Shown here: positions 20,183 to 29,787 of the stretch, piece after piece | How the letters are laid out: each line of letters starts with the position of its first letter | Numbering within the stretch: the stretch's first letter is position 1 | The notes under the pieces: model-generated | Told to the model about the DNA's origin: nothing | The model's input: only the letters and a program-made list of their open reading frames with translations | Databases searched by the model: none | Source: Candidatus Kapaibacterium sp. | GTDB taxonomy: Bacteria > Bacteroidota > Ignavibacteria > Kapaibacteriales > NICIL-2 | Assembly (NCBI GenBank): GCA_025055755.1 | Contig: JANWWF010000005.1 | Span: 5,585-69,584 of the forward strand | Direction of reading: 5' to 3' | Length of the DNA: 64,000 nt | Program-made: the position numbers and the translations under genes

Positions 20183-20812
20183 CTACTCTTCCGCCTTCTT
20201 GCCTTTTTGCGCTACCAGCTCAGGCTCCGTTGCTTGGGAAGGAGCAGGGGTCTCCTCTGCCAGTCGTTTGCTGACAACTGCCGCAATAGCGACATCAGGT
20301 GCGTGTTTGAATGTCACACCGGGGAGAGAGAGGTCACTGATGTGGACCGACTGTCCAATGCGTAAGTGCGAAACATCCACATCAATATGTTCAGGCAAAT
20401 CGGCAGGCTTACATACTACGGTGAGCTTATGCATCAACTGCTCAAGCATACCTCCCTGTTGGTGCACTCCTACGGGCGTTCCCACCAGACGAACTGGCAC
20501 TTCAAATTCTGCCGCACGATCGGCACTAATCCCGTAAAGGTCAAAGTGCACTATTGCATCCGTGACCGGATCGAAAGCCACATCCTTGAGGATACATTCG
20601 TAACTGCCTTCGTGTCCCTCAATCATAAGCCGCACAACGTGTGACTCTCGCGTATAGACCAGCGGACGCAGTGCAATAGGACGGACAGCAATGGGAAGAG
20701 GCTGCTGCCCAGACGAGTAGAAAATACCCGGCACAAGCCCACTCCGCCGAATTCGCTTCGATGCTTGCTTTCCGGTCGGTCGGAGCGTCGCATTCAATAC
20801 AAGTTCGCTCAT
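20183..20812 (-). CDS. rplY: 50S ribosomal protein bL25 (long CTC form)
   Basis: KRIRRSGLVPGIFY, ILKDVAFDPVTDAIVHFDL, PEHIDVDVSHLRIGQSVHISDL. Confidence 0.95.
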   Translation of the reverse strand: MSELVLNATLRPTGKQASKRIRRSGLVPGIFYSSGQQPLPIAVRPIALRPLVYTRESHVVRLMIEGHEGSYECILKDVAFDPVTDAIVHFDLYGISADRAAEFEVPVRLVGTPVGVHQQGGMLEQLMHKLTVVCKPADLPEHIDVDVSHLRIGQSVHISDLSLPGVTFKHAPDVAIAAVVSKRLAEETPAPSQATEPELVAQKGKKAEE

Positions 20813-20842
20813 CGTTTACGGAAAAAATGTGACACAACAACA

Positions 20843-21835
20843 CTACCGCACAATGTCAAACAGTGACGAGATGGACTGATTCCGATGGGTACGAAGAATC
20901 GCTTCTGCAAGCATTTCCGCTACCGACACCACACGAATTTTCGAGGAGCTGCGGCGCAGGGGGATCGTATCGGTCACATACACACGCTCAATATCGGGGC
21001 ATTCTTCAATCGCATCCATTGCACGCCCAGAGAAAACCGCATGCGTGCAAGCACCAATTATCGTTCGTGCTCCGTAGGCTTTAAGAGTACGTGCACAGCT
21101 GACAAATGTACCGCCAGTGTCAATGAGATCATCAACAATGACAACATCTTTTCCCTCGACATCGCCGATAACGGTCATCACTTCGCTAACGTTTGGAGCC
21201 GGGCGCCGCTTGTCAACCAGAACTAAGTCGGCATGCAAATGCTTAGCATACGCGCGTGCGGTTTTCGCTCCCCCCACATCAGGCGATGCCACAGCAAGAT
21301 TATCGAGCTGCTCTTGCTCCAGTGCCGGTAGTAACACACGCGATGCATAGAGATGGTCCAAGGGAATGTCAAAAAATCCTTGGAGCTGTGGAGTGTGCAG
21401 ATCAATCGTGATGACACGATCGGCACCAGCAACTGTCAGCAAATTTGCGACAAGCTTTGCAGTAATCGACACTCGCGGCTGATCCTTGCGATCTTGCCGC
21501 GCATAACCGAAATAGGGAATTACCGCCGTAATCCGCGATGCCGAGGCACGCCGTGCAGCATCTATCAAAATAAGGAGCTCCATTAAGTTATCCGAGGGCG
21601 CATAGGTAGATTGCACAATAAACAAATCCACCCCCCGGATGTTTTCTTCATACTTGACCCAAATCTCGCCGTCACTGAAGTTACGAATGGTCACTCCTGC
21701 AAGATCAAGTCCCGCAGCATGTGCGACCTTCTCGGCAAGGGCTGGGTGTGACCGACCAGTAACTATCTTGATTTCGGCAGGAATAATGCCCTCCCGCAGA
21801 GGATGGACTTCGACAAGAGGTGTTGACTCAATCAT
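20843..21835 (-). CDS. prs: Ribose-phosphate pyrophosphokinase
   Basis: FSDGEI, PYFGYARQDRK, IDLH..QLQGFFDIP, VSPDVGG, VDDLIDTGGT; start set at ATG 21835 because the longer ORF runs through tRNA-Gln. Confidence 0.95.
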   Translation of the reverse strand: MIESTPLVEVHPLREGIIPAEIKIVTGRSHPALAEKVAHAAGLDLAGVTIRNFSDGEIWVKYEENIRGVDLFIVQSTYAPSDNLMELLILIDAARRASASRITAVIPYFGYARQDRKDQPRVSITAKLVANLLTVAGADRVITIDLHTPQLQGFFDIPLDHLYASRVLLPALEQEQLDNLAVASPDVGGAKTARAYAKHLHADLVLVDKRRPAPNVSEVMTVIGDVEGKDVVIVDDLIDTGGTFVSCARTLKAYGARTIIGACTHAVFSGRAMDAIEECPDIERVYVTDTIPLRRSSSKIRVVSVAEMLAEAILRTHRNQSISSLFDIVR

Positions 21836-21887
21836 TGACAACCACTGTGGGCGAACCACACCCGCTGGCACAGCCAGCATATACGTG

Positions 21888-21959
21888 CTGGGGCGGCTGG
21901 ATTCGAACCAACGAATGGCGGATCCAAAGTCCGCTGCCTTGCCACTTGGCGACGCCCCA
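21888..21959 (-). tRNA. tRNA-Gln(TTG), CCA not encoded
   Basis: Minus strand TGGGGCG/CGCCCCA acceptor (U1-A72), GCGGA-CT TTG GA-TCCGC anticodon arm, GGTTCGAATCC T-loop; classical tRNA-Gln-prs-rplY order. Confidence 0.96.
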
Positions 21960-21986
21960 AGCCTTTTGCTGATTGATTTCGGATTG

Positions 21987-21994
21987 CAAATATA
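21987..21994 (-). promoter_or_regulatory. Bacteroidota-type -7 box (TATATTTG) for tRNA-Gln-prs-rplY
   Basis: TAnnTTTG consensus ~27 nt upstream of the tRNA. Confidence 0.55.
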
Positions 21995-22036
21995 CGGCAC
22001 TCGTCGTGCATTCGCAGCTGCCACAAAGTGGCTCCA

Positions 22037-22891
22037 TCAGGGTGCATCATGCAGCATTGCTGCCAAAAATGCCTTGTACTGCGCAAGAAGCAATGGATAC
22101 TGCTCTAACGCTCTAAGATGGCGCTCGATGGTCTCATCATCCCCACGCACCAATGGACCTGTTCGCTGCACTGGCTGTCCCTGCAAAAGCGCAGAGGTTG
22201 CACTCTCTACCGTTGCCCGCAAAATGGGAGGAAGAAATACTGCCGGAGGAATTCCTGCTGCCTCAGCTGCTTGCACAGCTGCCGCAATTGCATGCGTAGT
22301 CACATTCGATGCAAGAACGGCAGCTACATGGTACAGCGCCTTCCGCTCGGCATTCATGCTCCCCAAGCGGTAGGGAATTCCTCCAGTTGCGACAACCAGT
22401 CGCTCGGTCCTGTCAAATGCGCGATAGTCACCCTCAATCCCCCATACTGCACCGTAAATCCACCCCGGATGTGGCTCTGGTACAACAGTGAATGGGTGGG
22501 CAGCAGCGATCAATGCCCCAAACTGTTGGACAGGCTCAAGTACCTGCGCAAGGAGGGAACCGGCAAGGTGAATGACTACCTTCCCCTCGAGTTGGCCAGC
22601 AAATTGCCGGGCGCATTCTTCAGCCACAGGAATAATTGCACGATCGGGCACTGCAATTATCACAACGGGCGGGAGTACCGCAATCTCTTTGAGGCTTCCT
22701 ACCAATGCTGCACCTTGGAGCACAGAGCGTAGAAAGGCACGGCGAGCTGGCGATCGCGTTACAACCCATGCAAGGTATGGCTCTAATGCGCGAGCAAGTG
22801 CACCACCAAGGCGACCGCCCCCTACAATCCCAACACGAAACGGAAGGTGCGTTCCAGAGGGAATCTGCTGAAAATTTTCCATCGAAGCCAC
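22037..22891 (-). CDS. Rossmann-like/DUF2520 family oxidoreductase
   Basis: VGIVGGGRLG, IIAVPDRAI, HLAGS, HPF, KALYHVAAVLASN, TGPLVRGDDETIERHL. Confidence 0.85.
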   Translation of the reverse strand: MASMENFQQIPSGTHLPFRVGIVGGGRLGGALARALEPYLAWVVTRSPARRAFLRSVLQGAALVGSLKEIAVLPPVVIIAVPDRAIIPVAEECARQFAGQLEGKVVIHLAGSLLAQVLEPVQQFGALIAAAHPFTVVPEPHPGWIYGAVWGIEGDYRAFDRTERLVVATGGIPYRLGSMNAERKALYHVAAVLASNVTTHAIAAAVQAAEAAGIPPAVFLPPILRATVESATSALLQGQPVQRTGPLVRGDDETIERHLRALEQYPLLLAQYKAFLAAMLHDAP

Positions 22892-22897
22892 CGATGC

Positions 22898-24355
22898 CTA
22901 CTCCTCGTGTGGGACAATGTCGTAGCCATCGGTGCGGTCACGGACAATGTACCCTTCGGCAGCAATCTGTTGACGCAGAGCATCAGCACGAGCAAAGTCT
23001 CGCTGTAAACGTGCACGCCAGCGTTCCTCTGCCAGTTGCCGGATGCGTTCGGGGATTACCACCGGCGGACGCTCACCAATCTGCCACACACCAATGATTC
23101 GATTGAGGCGCTCAAAGAAATCTACCAATGCACGCTGGGAATTTTTCTCAAGCGTGGCTGCCGGATGCTCCCCAAGAAAAGTAAACAGCGCCGCCAATGC
23201 CTTCGGAGTGTGGAGATTGTCTGCAAGATGCCCAAACACAGCGTGCTCGAGAGCTTCTACATCGCATGCTTGCCGCCCGCTGTGTTCAAACAGCTGATAG
23301 ATGTACTCCTGGACACGGCGCCGTGCGCGTCGTGCTGCTGCGACCCCTTCAAAAGTGAAGTTATACACCGATTGGTAATGGGCGCTGAGAATTGCGTAGC
23401 GAACATCAAGCGGATCAAGTCCCCGTTCTATCAGGTCGCTCAAGGTGTAGAAATTGCCTAAGGACTTGCTCATCTTTTCTCCCTCGACTTCCAGAAACTC
23501 GTTATGCACCCAATAGCGTGCCGTTATGCATCCGTAGCCAGCAGCGCTTTGAGCAATTTCGTCCTCGTGGTGAGGGAAGCGCAAATCCACTCCACCGGTG
23601 TGAATGTCGAACGGCAAGCCTAGTAGTTCATGTCCCATCGCTGAGCATTCGATATGCCATCCCGGACGACCAGGTAACAACTGTCCTCCCAGCTCGAGGA
23701 CCCACCATGGTTCTCCCTCTTTCCGGGCTTTCCACAGCACAAAATCAGAAACTTCGTCTCGCTCATACTGATCGGCATCAATGCGTGCGCCGGCAATGAA
23801 GCGCTCCAAATCCACTGTGAACAAGACGCCGTAGGGATGTTGCTGCTCTATCCAGCGCGATAGATCGAAGTACACACTTCCGCCTGCAACATACGCATAG
23901 CCATTCTGCCAAATCAGCCGTATCAATTCCATCATTGCGGGAATGTAGTCGGTTGCGCGTGGCATAGCGAAAAAATCGTCCCGGCGAATGCCGATGGCTT
24001 CGATGTCTCGTAAAAAGACCTGCTCATAGTAGCGAGTGAGCCGACGAAGATTTTCCTGCGGATCGTCCGTTTGCGGTCCCATAGCTTCTGCATTCCAGGC
24101 AGGACTCCCCGGCTGACTATCGCGAATTGTTTTGTCGTCAATGTCAGTGATGTTCATTACCCACTGAACGTGGTACCCCCCAATGACACGCAAGACACGC
24201 TGCAACAAATCGGCACAGAGAAATGCCCGAAGATTACCAATGTGCACGTGGTTATACACCGTCGGTCCACACGAGTACATGCGCACCCGACCTGCCTCGA
24301 TTGGCTCGAAACGCTCAATTTGCCGCGACAGAGTGTTGTAGAGGTGAATTTCCAT
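22898..24355 (-). CDS. cysS: Cysteine--tRNA ligase
   Basis: CGPTVY, HIGN, NITDIDDK, GRPGWHIECS, DIHTGGVDLRFPHHEDE, KMSKSLGN. Confidence 0.97.
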   Translation of the reverse strand: MEIHLYNTLSRQIERFEPIEAGRVRMYSCGPTVYNHVHIGNLRAFLCADLLQRVLRVIGGYHVQWVMNITDIDDKTIRDSQPGSPAWNAEAMGPQTDDPQENLRRLTRYYEQVFLRDIEAIGIRRDDFFAMPRATDYIPAMMELIRLIWQNGYAYVAGGSVYFDLSRWIEQQHPYGVLFTVDLERFIAGARIDADQYERDEVSDFVLWKARKEGEPWWVLELGGQLLPGRPGWHIECSAMGHELLGLPFDIHTGGVDLRFPHHEDEIAQSAAGYGCITARYWVHNEFLEVEGEKMSKSLGNFYTLSDLIERGLDPLDVRYAILSAHYQSVYNFTFEGVAAARRARRRVQEYIYQLFEHSGRQACDVEALEHAVFGHLADNLHTPKALAALFTFLGEHPAATLEKNSQRALVDFFERLNRIIGVWQIGERPPVVIPERIRQLAEERWRARLQRDFARADALRQQIAAEGYIVRDRTDGYDIVPHEE

Positions 24356-24360
24356 CGTTT

Positions 24361-26526
24361 CTACACCACGGTTGCTGGACCAACATAGCGAAAATCAATT
24401 TGCCGACGACCAATATGTACTTGGTCAATGCAAACACGGACACGACTGCCCAGCTGAAACTCCGTTCCGGTGTATCGCCCAACGAGGGCATAGCGCTCTT
24501 CATCAAACACATAGCGGTCGCGTGGCAGCCATCGAACAGGGCATAATCCTTCGGCATAGATGTCGTCGCACATAACGAAGATGCCATACTCAGTTACACC
24601 GGTTATAGTGCCATTGAACTCGGCACCTTCATAGTTACGGGCAAGAAGGACTTGGGCAACCTTTTGGGAGGAACGTTCTGCTTCGACCGCATGCCGTTCG
24701 CGTTCAGAGCAGTGGTCTGCAACTGGATCGAGCAGATCACGAAGATGGGCAATACGCTCCGGCGACGGTTTGCCGCAAGAATATTCCTTGAGCAAACGGT
24801 GCACCACTATGTCGGGATAGCGACGAATCGGCGAGGTAAAGTGTGTGTAATCGGTAAAGCCCAAGCCATAGTGACCAATATTGTCTGCCGAATAGTGTGC
24901 CTTTGCCATCGAGCGAAGCAGCACCATGTTTACCACTGCAGCCTCCGGACGGTCCGCTACCTGCGCCAAGATACGGTTTATCTCTCGTGCCGTAAGAGTT
25001 GTCCGATGGTGGGGTATTTCTACTCCCAAGGAGCGAACAAATGCAACTGCCATTTGAAGCTTTTCTCTGTCTGGCTCATCATGAACTCGATAGAGAAAAG
25101 GCAATCCTCCACGAATGCGCCAACGATGGCTTAAGGCTTTGACATGCTCAGTAACACAGCGGTTTGCCGCCAGCATGCATTCTTCAACGAGCCGTGTTGC
25201 ACGCGTTGATCCTTTCAGGTATGCTCGCTTTGGTTGCAAGTCTTCTCCAAGTTCAAAACGCAGCTCGAATGTGGAAAAATCAATCCCTCCCTCCTCAAAC
25301 CGGCGTCGGCGGAGTTGTTGCGCAAGTCTATCGAGTGCCGCAAGCAATGCATAGTGCTCGCCGTCCCCTTGTTCAAGAATTGCATCAACCTCCTCGTAGG
25401 TGAAACGGCGTGTGCTGCAGATGATGCTTTCGGTAATCTGGTAGCTAACTCGCTCGCCGGACGGGGAAAACTCCATAAGCACAGAGTAGGTGAGTCTATC
25501 CTTGCCGGGCACAAGGGAACATACGTCTGTCGAAAGGAGATTGGGCAACATCGGGACAACACCATCCACCAAGTAAACACTCGTGCCCCGTTCAAGTGCT
25601 TCGCGATCAAGTGGGGTATCGGGAAGCACATACGCACTTACATCTGCAATGTGCACGCCCAGTAATACATTGCCATTGGGCAACTGGTGCAGCGAGAGAG
25701 CATCGTCGAAATCTTTTGCATCGGGTGGATCAATCGTGATCACCTCCCACGTCCGGTAGTCGCGGCGATCCCCCACCGTGAGAGGAGACTTGACCATTGC
25801 CTGTGCCACAGCAACAGCCACAGGAGGAAACGAGCGTGGCAGCTGAAATTCCCGATAAACGCTTTCGAACTCCGAGTGCACCGCCCCGGCTCGTCCAATG
25901 ACCTCGACGATTTCAACCTCGGGGTTGTGCTGGGGAGCGGTCCACTGAATAAGCCGTGCCAGCACTTTGTCTCCTACTTGTGCCCCGTGTAATCGGTCAG
26001 GTGCAACCAAGAAATCGAAGGGATAGACCTCTTCATCGGGAACGACGAAAAAGAAACTCCCCACCGCCTCGAGCGTACCTGCAATTGGCGCTGCACTTCG
26101 CTCAATAATTCGGACCACTTCCCCGCGGGGACGCTTGCCTGCCGAGGTTGGCAGAAGGCGTACTTCGACAATATCTCCATGGAGCGCTGTCGCTGCATGC
26201 CGCCGCCGGACTGCTATGCGAGGGAGAGTGGGATTGCCAGTTTCTACGTATGCAGCACCGTCAGGCTCGACAACAAAGCGGCCGCGGTAGAAGACATCCT
26301 CGGTGCCCGCCAGAGCGAAGCGCCGTCGCCGAGTACGGATAAGAATTCCTTCCTCGACTAAATCCAGCACCGTCTCTCGGAGAAGCTCATACTCTTCGGA
26401 CTCGGCACTGACGCCAAAGGCAATGGCAACATCGTGCATCCGGAGCGGCTCCCCCCGCTCGACAAAGAACTGAAGTACCTTAGTCCGAAGGGCTGTACGG
26501 TCATTCATCCCCAATGCAGCTATCAA
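24361..26526 (-). CDS. rnr: Ribonuclease R
   Basis: N-terminal HTH and cold-shock domains, RNB catalytic TIDPPDAKDFDDA, YTHFTSPIRRYPD, S1 domain; start TTG 26526 or ATG 26508. Confidence 0.95.
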   Translation of the reverse strand: MIAALGMNDRTALRTKVLQFFVERGEPLRMHDVAIAFGVSAESEEYELLRETVLDLVEEGILIRTRRRRFALAGTEDVFYRGRFVVEPDGAAYVETGNPTLPRIAVRRRHAATALHGDIVEVRLLPTSAGKRPRGEVVRIIERSAAPIAGTLEAVGSFFFVVPDEEVYPFDFLVAPDRLHGAQVGDKVLARLIQWTAPQHNPEVEIVEVIGRAGAVHSEFESVYREFQLPRSFPPVAVAVAQAMVKSPLTVGDRRDYRTWEVITIDPPDAKDFDDALSLHQLPNGNVLLGVHIADVSAYVLPDTPLDREALERGTSVYLVDGVVPMLPNLLSTDVCSLVPGKDRLTYSVLMEFSPSGERVSYQITESIICSTRRFTYEEVDAILEQGDGEHYALLAALDRLAQQLRRRRFEEGGIDFSTFELRFELGEDLQPKRAYLKGSTRATRLVEECMLAANRCVTEHVKALSHRWRIRGGLPFLYRVHDEPDREKLQMAVAFVRSLGVEIPHHRTTLTAREINRILAQVADRPEAAVVNMVLLRSMAKAHYSADNIGHYGLGFTDYTHFTSPIRRYPDIVVHRLLKEYSCGKPSPERIAHLRDLLDPVADHCSERERHAVEAERSSQKVAQVLLARNYEGAEFNGTITGVTEYGIFVMCDDIYAEGLCPVRWLPRDRYVFDEERYALVGRYTGTEFQLGSRVRVCIDQVHIGRRQIDFRYVGPATVV

Positions 26527-28640
26527 CTGTAGAGGACCACAGTATTAGTGCGGCGGAGAGCTTGCTGGAGTGCTACGCTAGCGTGTTCAATAGCGCTGTC
26601 CGCAGTATCGGCATCACCGATTTCCACAACACCTGCACTAATGGTAAGCACTACCGATCGCCCTCCTACGGTGTGGGGAGTACCAGCAATTGTGCGGCGC
26701 AGTTTTTCTATCATCAAGTGTGCACTCGGAAGTGCCAATCCTGGCAGGAGAATCCCCAGCATGGAGCCTTCCAGCCGTCCAACAACATGGTAAGGTTTCA
26801 TCAGCGGACGTATCGTTCTCACCACTTGCTCGAGAAAATACTCGTAGGTGTGCTGCTGTTGCTCCAATGCTTTGTAGCGATCCAGTTGGACAATCGCAAC
26901 CGCCAGAGGCTGCCCACTATCGTGGGCACGTTCGATTTCTTCTGCTAAGCGCTGCCGAAATGCTGCTGCATTATACGTCTCTGTATGCTGATCCATCATG
27001 GACTGATGCTGCACTTGCTCATTGAGCAGGAGCTGTGCAATCAGCACGCCCGCATGCTCGCCAATAATTTCTAACGCCGCAATGTCTTGCTGAGAGATAC
27101 GGCTACTGGTGGATTCAACAAATAGCGCCCCGTAGTTATCTGTTGGTGTCCGTAGCGGCACCGCAACAAAGTATCCATCGTCGCTTGAGACCTCCTGCGT
27201 AGCATAGCGCTTTTGTAATCCTTGGCAATGGAAGCAATGAGCAATTTTTCCTTCCTGCAGTGTGCTTGCAATGACCGTCCCCTCAGTTTCAATAGGTGTG
27301 CCCACCGGTGGCATACTCTGTCCGACCACTGCAGCGAGTGTCCATTGCATTGCTGCTGGATCGAAGAGGACAACGCCTGCACCTCGGGCTTCAACCAGCG
27401 TCGTCGCTGCGTTTACCAGTGCCTGGGCAATATCCTGGATACTACAGTCCGACTGTTGGAGTAAGCGGCGGAAATGCACTATCGTCTCCAGCGTCCGCGC
27501 ATTCTGCTGCAAGTCATACTTAGCTGTATAACTTTGAATGAGCATGGAAATCAAGCGGCTGCATTGACCGAGAGTACCGACCGTCTGTTCGTCGTATGCG
27601 TCATTTTGGTCAGAATCCACTGCCAGCACTGCAACCACTGTTTTGTGCAAGTACACTGGCACGGCAGCAAATGAACGTGTCCCCGTCGCCTGAAAATAGT
27701 AAGGCAGCAGATCACACTCTGCACTCTGCTGAATGTCACACACAATCTGCGCTTGACCGCTACGAACGATATGGGAAAGGATGTCATCGCCAAGAGGGAA
27801 CTTACGTTGATTGCGGATTGAATCGCTTATATCCGAGACAACAGCATCCAGGACTAATTCACCGCGATCAGGATTGTACCAGAAAAACGTTGCCGTGCGT
27901 GCGTTCATCACTGAACGCAGTACCTGCATAATGCCCTTGATAATGTGCGCAAATTCTCGGCGCGGCTCTTGAGCGTCATCCTCAAACGCAACATCCACCA
28001 ACGAAGAAATAGAAAGCGGAATCGGGCGAATACGAGGATGAATCTGTTCTTCCGTTTGCTCGCCAACATTTCCGTTGGTTTCCTTCTGGAGATGATCCCC
28101 CCCTTTCCCCACTGGTGCTTCCTGTTCTTGATGAGCTCTCCGAACTACTCGAAACGAAGAAGTCTCATCACCCTGTTCCTGCAGTGGGGAGTCGAGGTTT
28201 CCTTGCCTCGATGAACCTGTTTTGGTATATGATTTGGCATATCCGTGCTCAGTATGCACTCGTGGTTGGCTGGTTCCATTCCGCTTTAGGGGTGGTGGTA
28301 GTGGGGAACTTTCCTGGTGTTCCTCGCTAAAGGTTGAAGCAAAATCATCGAAGACAATACGAGTGGTGCCATCATCGCTGCTGCGTACACGCTTGGTCAA
28401 CTCAACCGGTGCCGAAACCGAGGGACGAGACCATGCAATCTTCTCTCGCATGCGAGATTGCACGTTGATTACTAAGAATACCCCTGAAAGCAATACAACG
28501 CACGCCCCAATAAGTCGGATGGGCACTTCTTCGAGGAACACTGCAACAAACAGTCCAACGACGATGCTAAGAATATAGACGGCATCGGTGGGCGTCAGGT
28601 AGCGGGTCCATTCCAATACACTGCCCGTGCGTGCGCTCAT
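26523..28640 (-). CDS. Membrane-anchored GAF-GAF protein with degenerate GGDEF domain
   Basis: Two N-terminal TM segments; two GAF domains (RSFAAVPV, YFVAVPL..YGALFV); GGDEF fold (RLAEEIERA..PLAVAIVQLD, LTISAGV) with signature replaced by EGSML; TATATTTG box at 28704-28711 favours ATG 28640. Confidence 0.75.
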   Translation of the reverse strand: MSARTGSVLEWTRYLTPTDAVYILSIVVGLFVAVFLEEVPIRLIGACVVLLSGVFLVINVQSRMREKIAWSRPSVSAPVELTKRVRSSDDGTTRIVFDDFASTFSEEHQESSPLPPPLKRNGTSQPRVHTEHGYAKSYTKTGSSRQGNLDSPLQEQGDETSSFRVVRRAHQEQEAPVGKGGDHLQKETNGNVGEQTEEQIHPRIRPIPLSISSLVDVAFEDDAQEPRREFAHIIKGIMQVLRSVMNARTATFFWYNPDRGELVLDAVVSDISDSIRNQRKFPLGDDILSHIVRSGQAQIVCDIQQSAECDLLPYYFQATGTRSFAAVPVYLHKTVVAVLAVDSDQNDAYDEQTVGTLGQCSRLISMLIQSYTAKYDLQQNARTLETIVHFRRLLQQSDCSIQDIAQALVNAATTLVEARGAGVVLFDPAAMQWTLAAVVGQSMPPVGTPIETEGTVIASTLQEGKIAHCFHCQGLQKRYATQEVSSDDGYFVAVPLRTPTDNYGALFVESTSSRISQQDIAALEIIGEHAGVLIAQLLLNEQVQHQSMMDQHTETYNAAAFRQRLAEEIERAHDSGQPLAVAIVQLDRYKALEQQQHTYEYFLEQVVRTIRPLMKPYHVVGRLEGSMLGILLPGLALPSAHLMIEKLRRTIAGTPHTVGGRSVVLTISAGVVEIGDADTADSAIEHASVALQQALRRTNTVVLYS

Positions 28641-28742
28641 GCGCGTGCATTTTTCCTGTGTGATGGAAACGATAGCCGCGACGGTCGCTTGCGTGCTGCG
28701 GCGCAAATATACAGTGCTTTTGTCAAGGATGTACACACTGCT

Positions 28743-29774
28743 TTAGCGGTCAGCCGAGAGCATTGCGGCAGCAGTAACAGCAAAGGTATACACCGTTTTT
28801 TTCCTCTGCCGAACGCGGTGGATGCTATTAGCAGACTGCCGCGCTTCAGCAACCAAGTCGTACTCGATCATATTCTGCCGCCGAAGCATCAGACCATACC
28901 GCTGCGAGAAAATTCCGCTGGCAGTGCCTCGCACCTTCCCTTGGCGAATGACCACCCCTGCTCTCTTCGCCTGTGGCTGTAAGCCAATAGCACCATCCAG
29001 TGATGCCCGGATGTGCAACAGAGAGTCGCCTGCCCGGCGCTCCACGCCATGGAGGACATATGTCGCCGTTGCCCGGGCAGTAAACAACGGGGGAAACTCT
29101 TGCTCAACAGTCCGCGACCAGCGCAAAGTTGAATCGAGCGGCTCGGAGGGAAGCACCAAGAACTGTTGTACGACGACATTCCCAAAGAGCTCGCGTTTGA
29201 TCTGTTCATCGACAATCTGTCGTTGCTGCACATCGAGAGAATCTACTGTGCGGCCGAGTAGCCGCCGGACAATTCCAGCAACTCCGCTGATTTCCTCGAT
29301 AGTGCCTTTGGAAGAGACCATCACTTGGATTTCTTCCCCAATGGCGGCGGCGAGCATCTCAAACTGTGGATCGCGCTGCGTCGTAGAATCCGTCGAGCTG
29401 TAGCGCACGATAGATGGCCTTGTTGAATCAGTCTCCCAGTACCGCTGCACAAGCCGTATCGAGTCGTAGCGGAAGCGCATTTGGATTATCCCCGCGGGGG
29501 TCACTCGCTCAATGCGCTCGGTAAAGAAAAGCTCTGTCCGCACACGGAGATGTACCGAATCCGTGTCGAGAGTGTCTTCCTGCTGAGCCACACAGTAAAG
29601 CACCATTGGCGGTGGCGAATACCGCAAGCTGAGTCCTTTACCACCGGGACGCATCGGCTCTATTGGGACCTTCGACGTTGTAGTGTCAATGGCCACTTGC
29701 TCTGCCCGGTCGGACTGTTGCGTGCATCCGCTCAATGCCCCGACAATAGCAAACACCATCAACAATCGTCGCAC
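28743..29774 (-). CDS. Hypothetical lipoprotein, DUF6263-like
   Basis: GTG start, lipobox LSGC; beta-rich; RYDSI...YSSTD...AAIG..IQVMVSSKGTIEEISG pattern. Confidence 0.6.
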   Translation of the reverse strand: MRRLLMVFAIVGALSGCTQQSDRAEQVAIDTTTSKVPIEPMRPGGKGLSLRYSPPPMVLYCVAQQEDTLDTDSVHLRVRTELFFTERIERVTPAGIIQMRFRYDSIRLVQRYWETDSTRPSIVRYSSTDSTTQRDPQFEMLAAAIGEEIQVMVSSKGTIEEISGVAGIVRRLLGRTVDSLDVQQRQIVDEQIKRELFGNVVVQQFLVLPSEPLDSTLRWSRTVEQEFPPLFTARATATYVLHGVERRAGDSLLHIRASLDGAIGLQPQAKRAGVVIRQGKVRGTASGIFSQRYGLMLRRQNMIEYDLVAEARQSANSIHRVRQRKKTVYTFAVTAAAMLSADR

Positions 29775-29787
29775 ACACAGCCTCGCA

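Noticed and set aside
21836-22024. 63-aa N-terminal extension of Prs in the ORF track (20843..22024)
   Set aside because: It reads straight through tRNA-Gln; Prs homology begins near ATG 21835.
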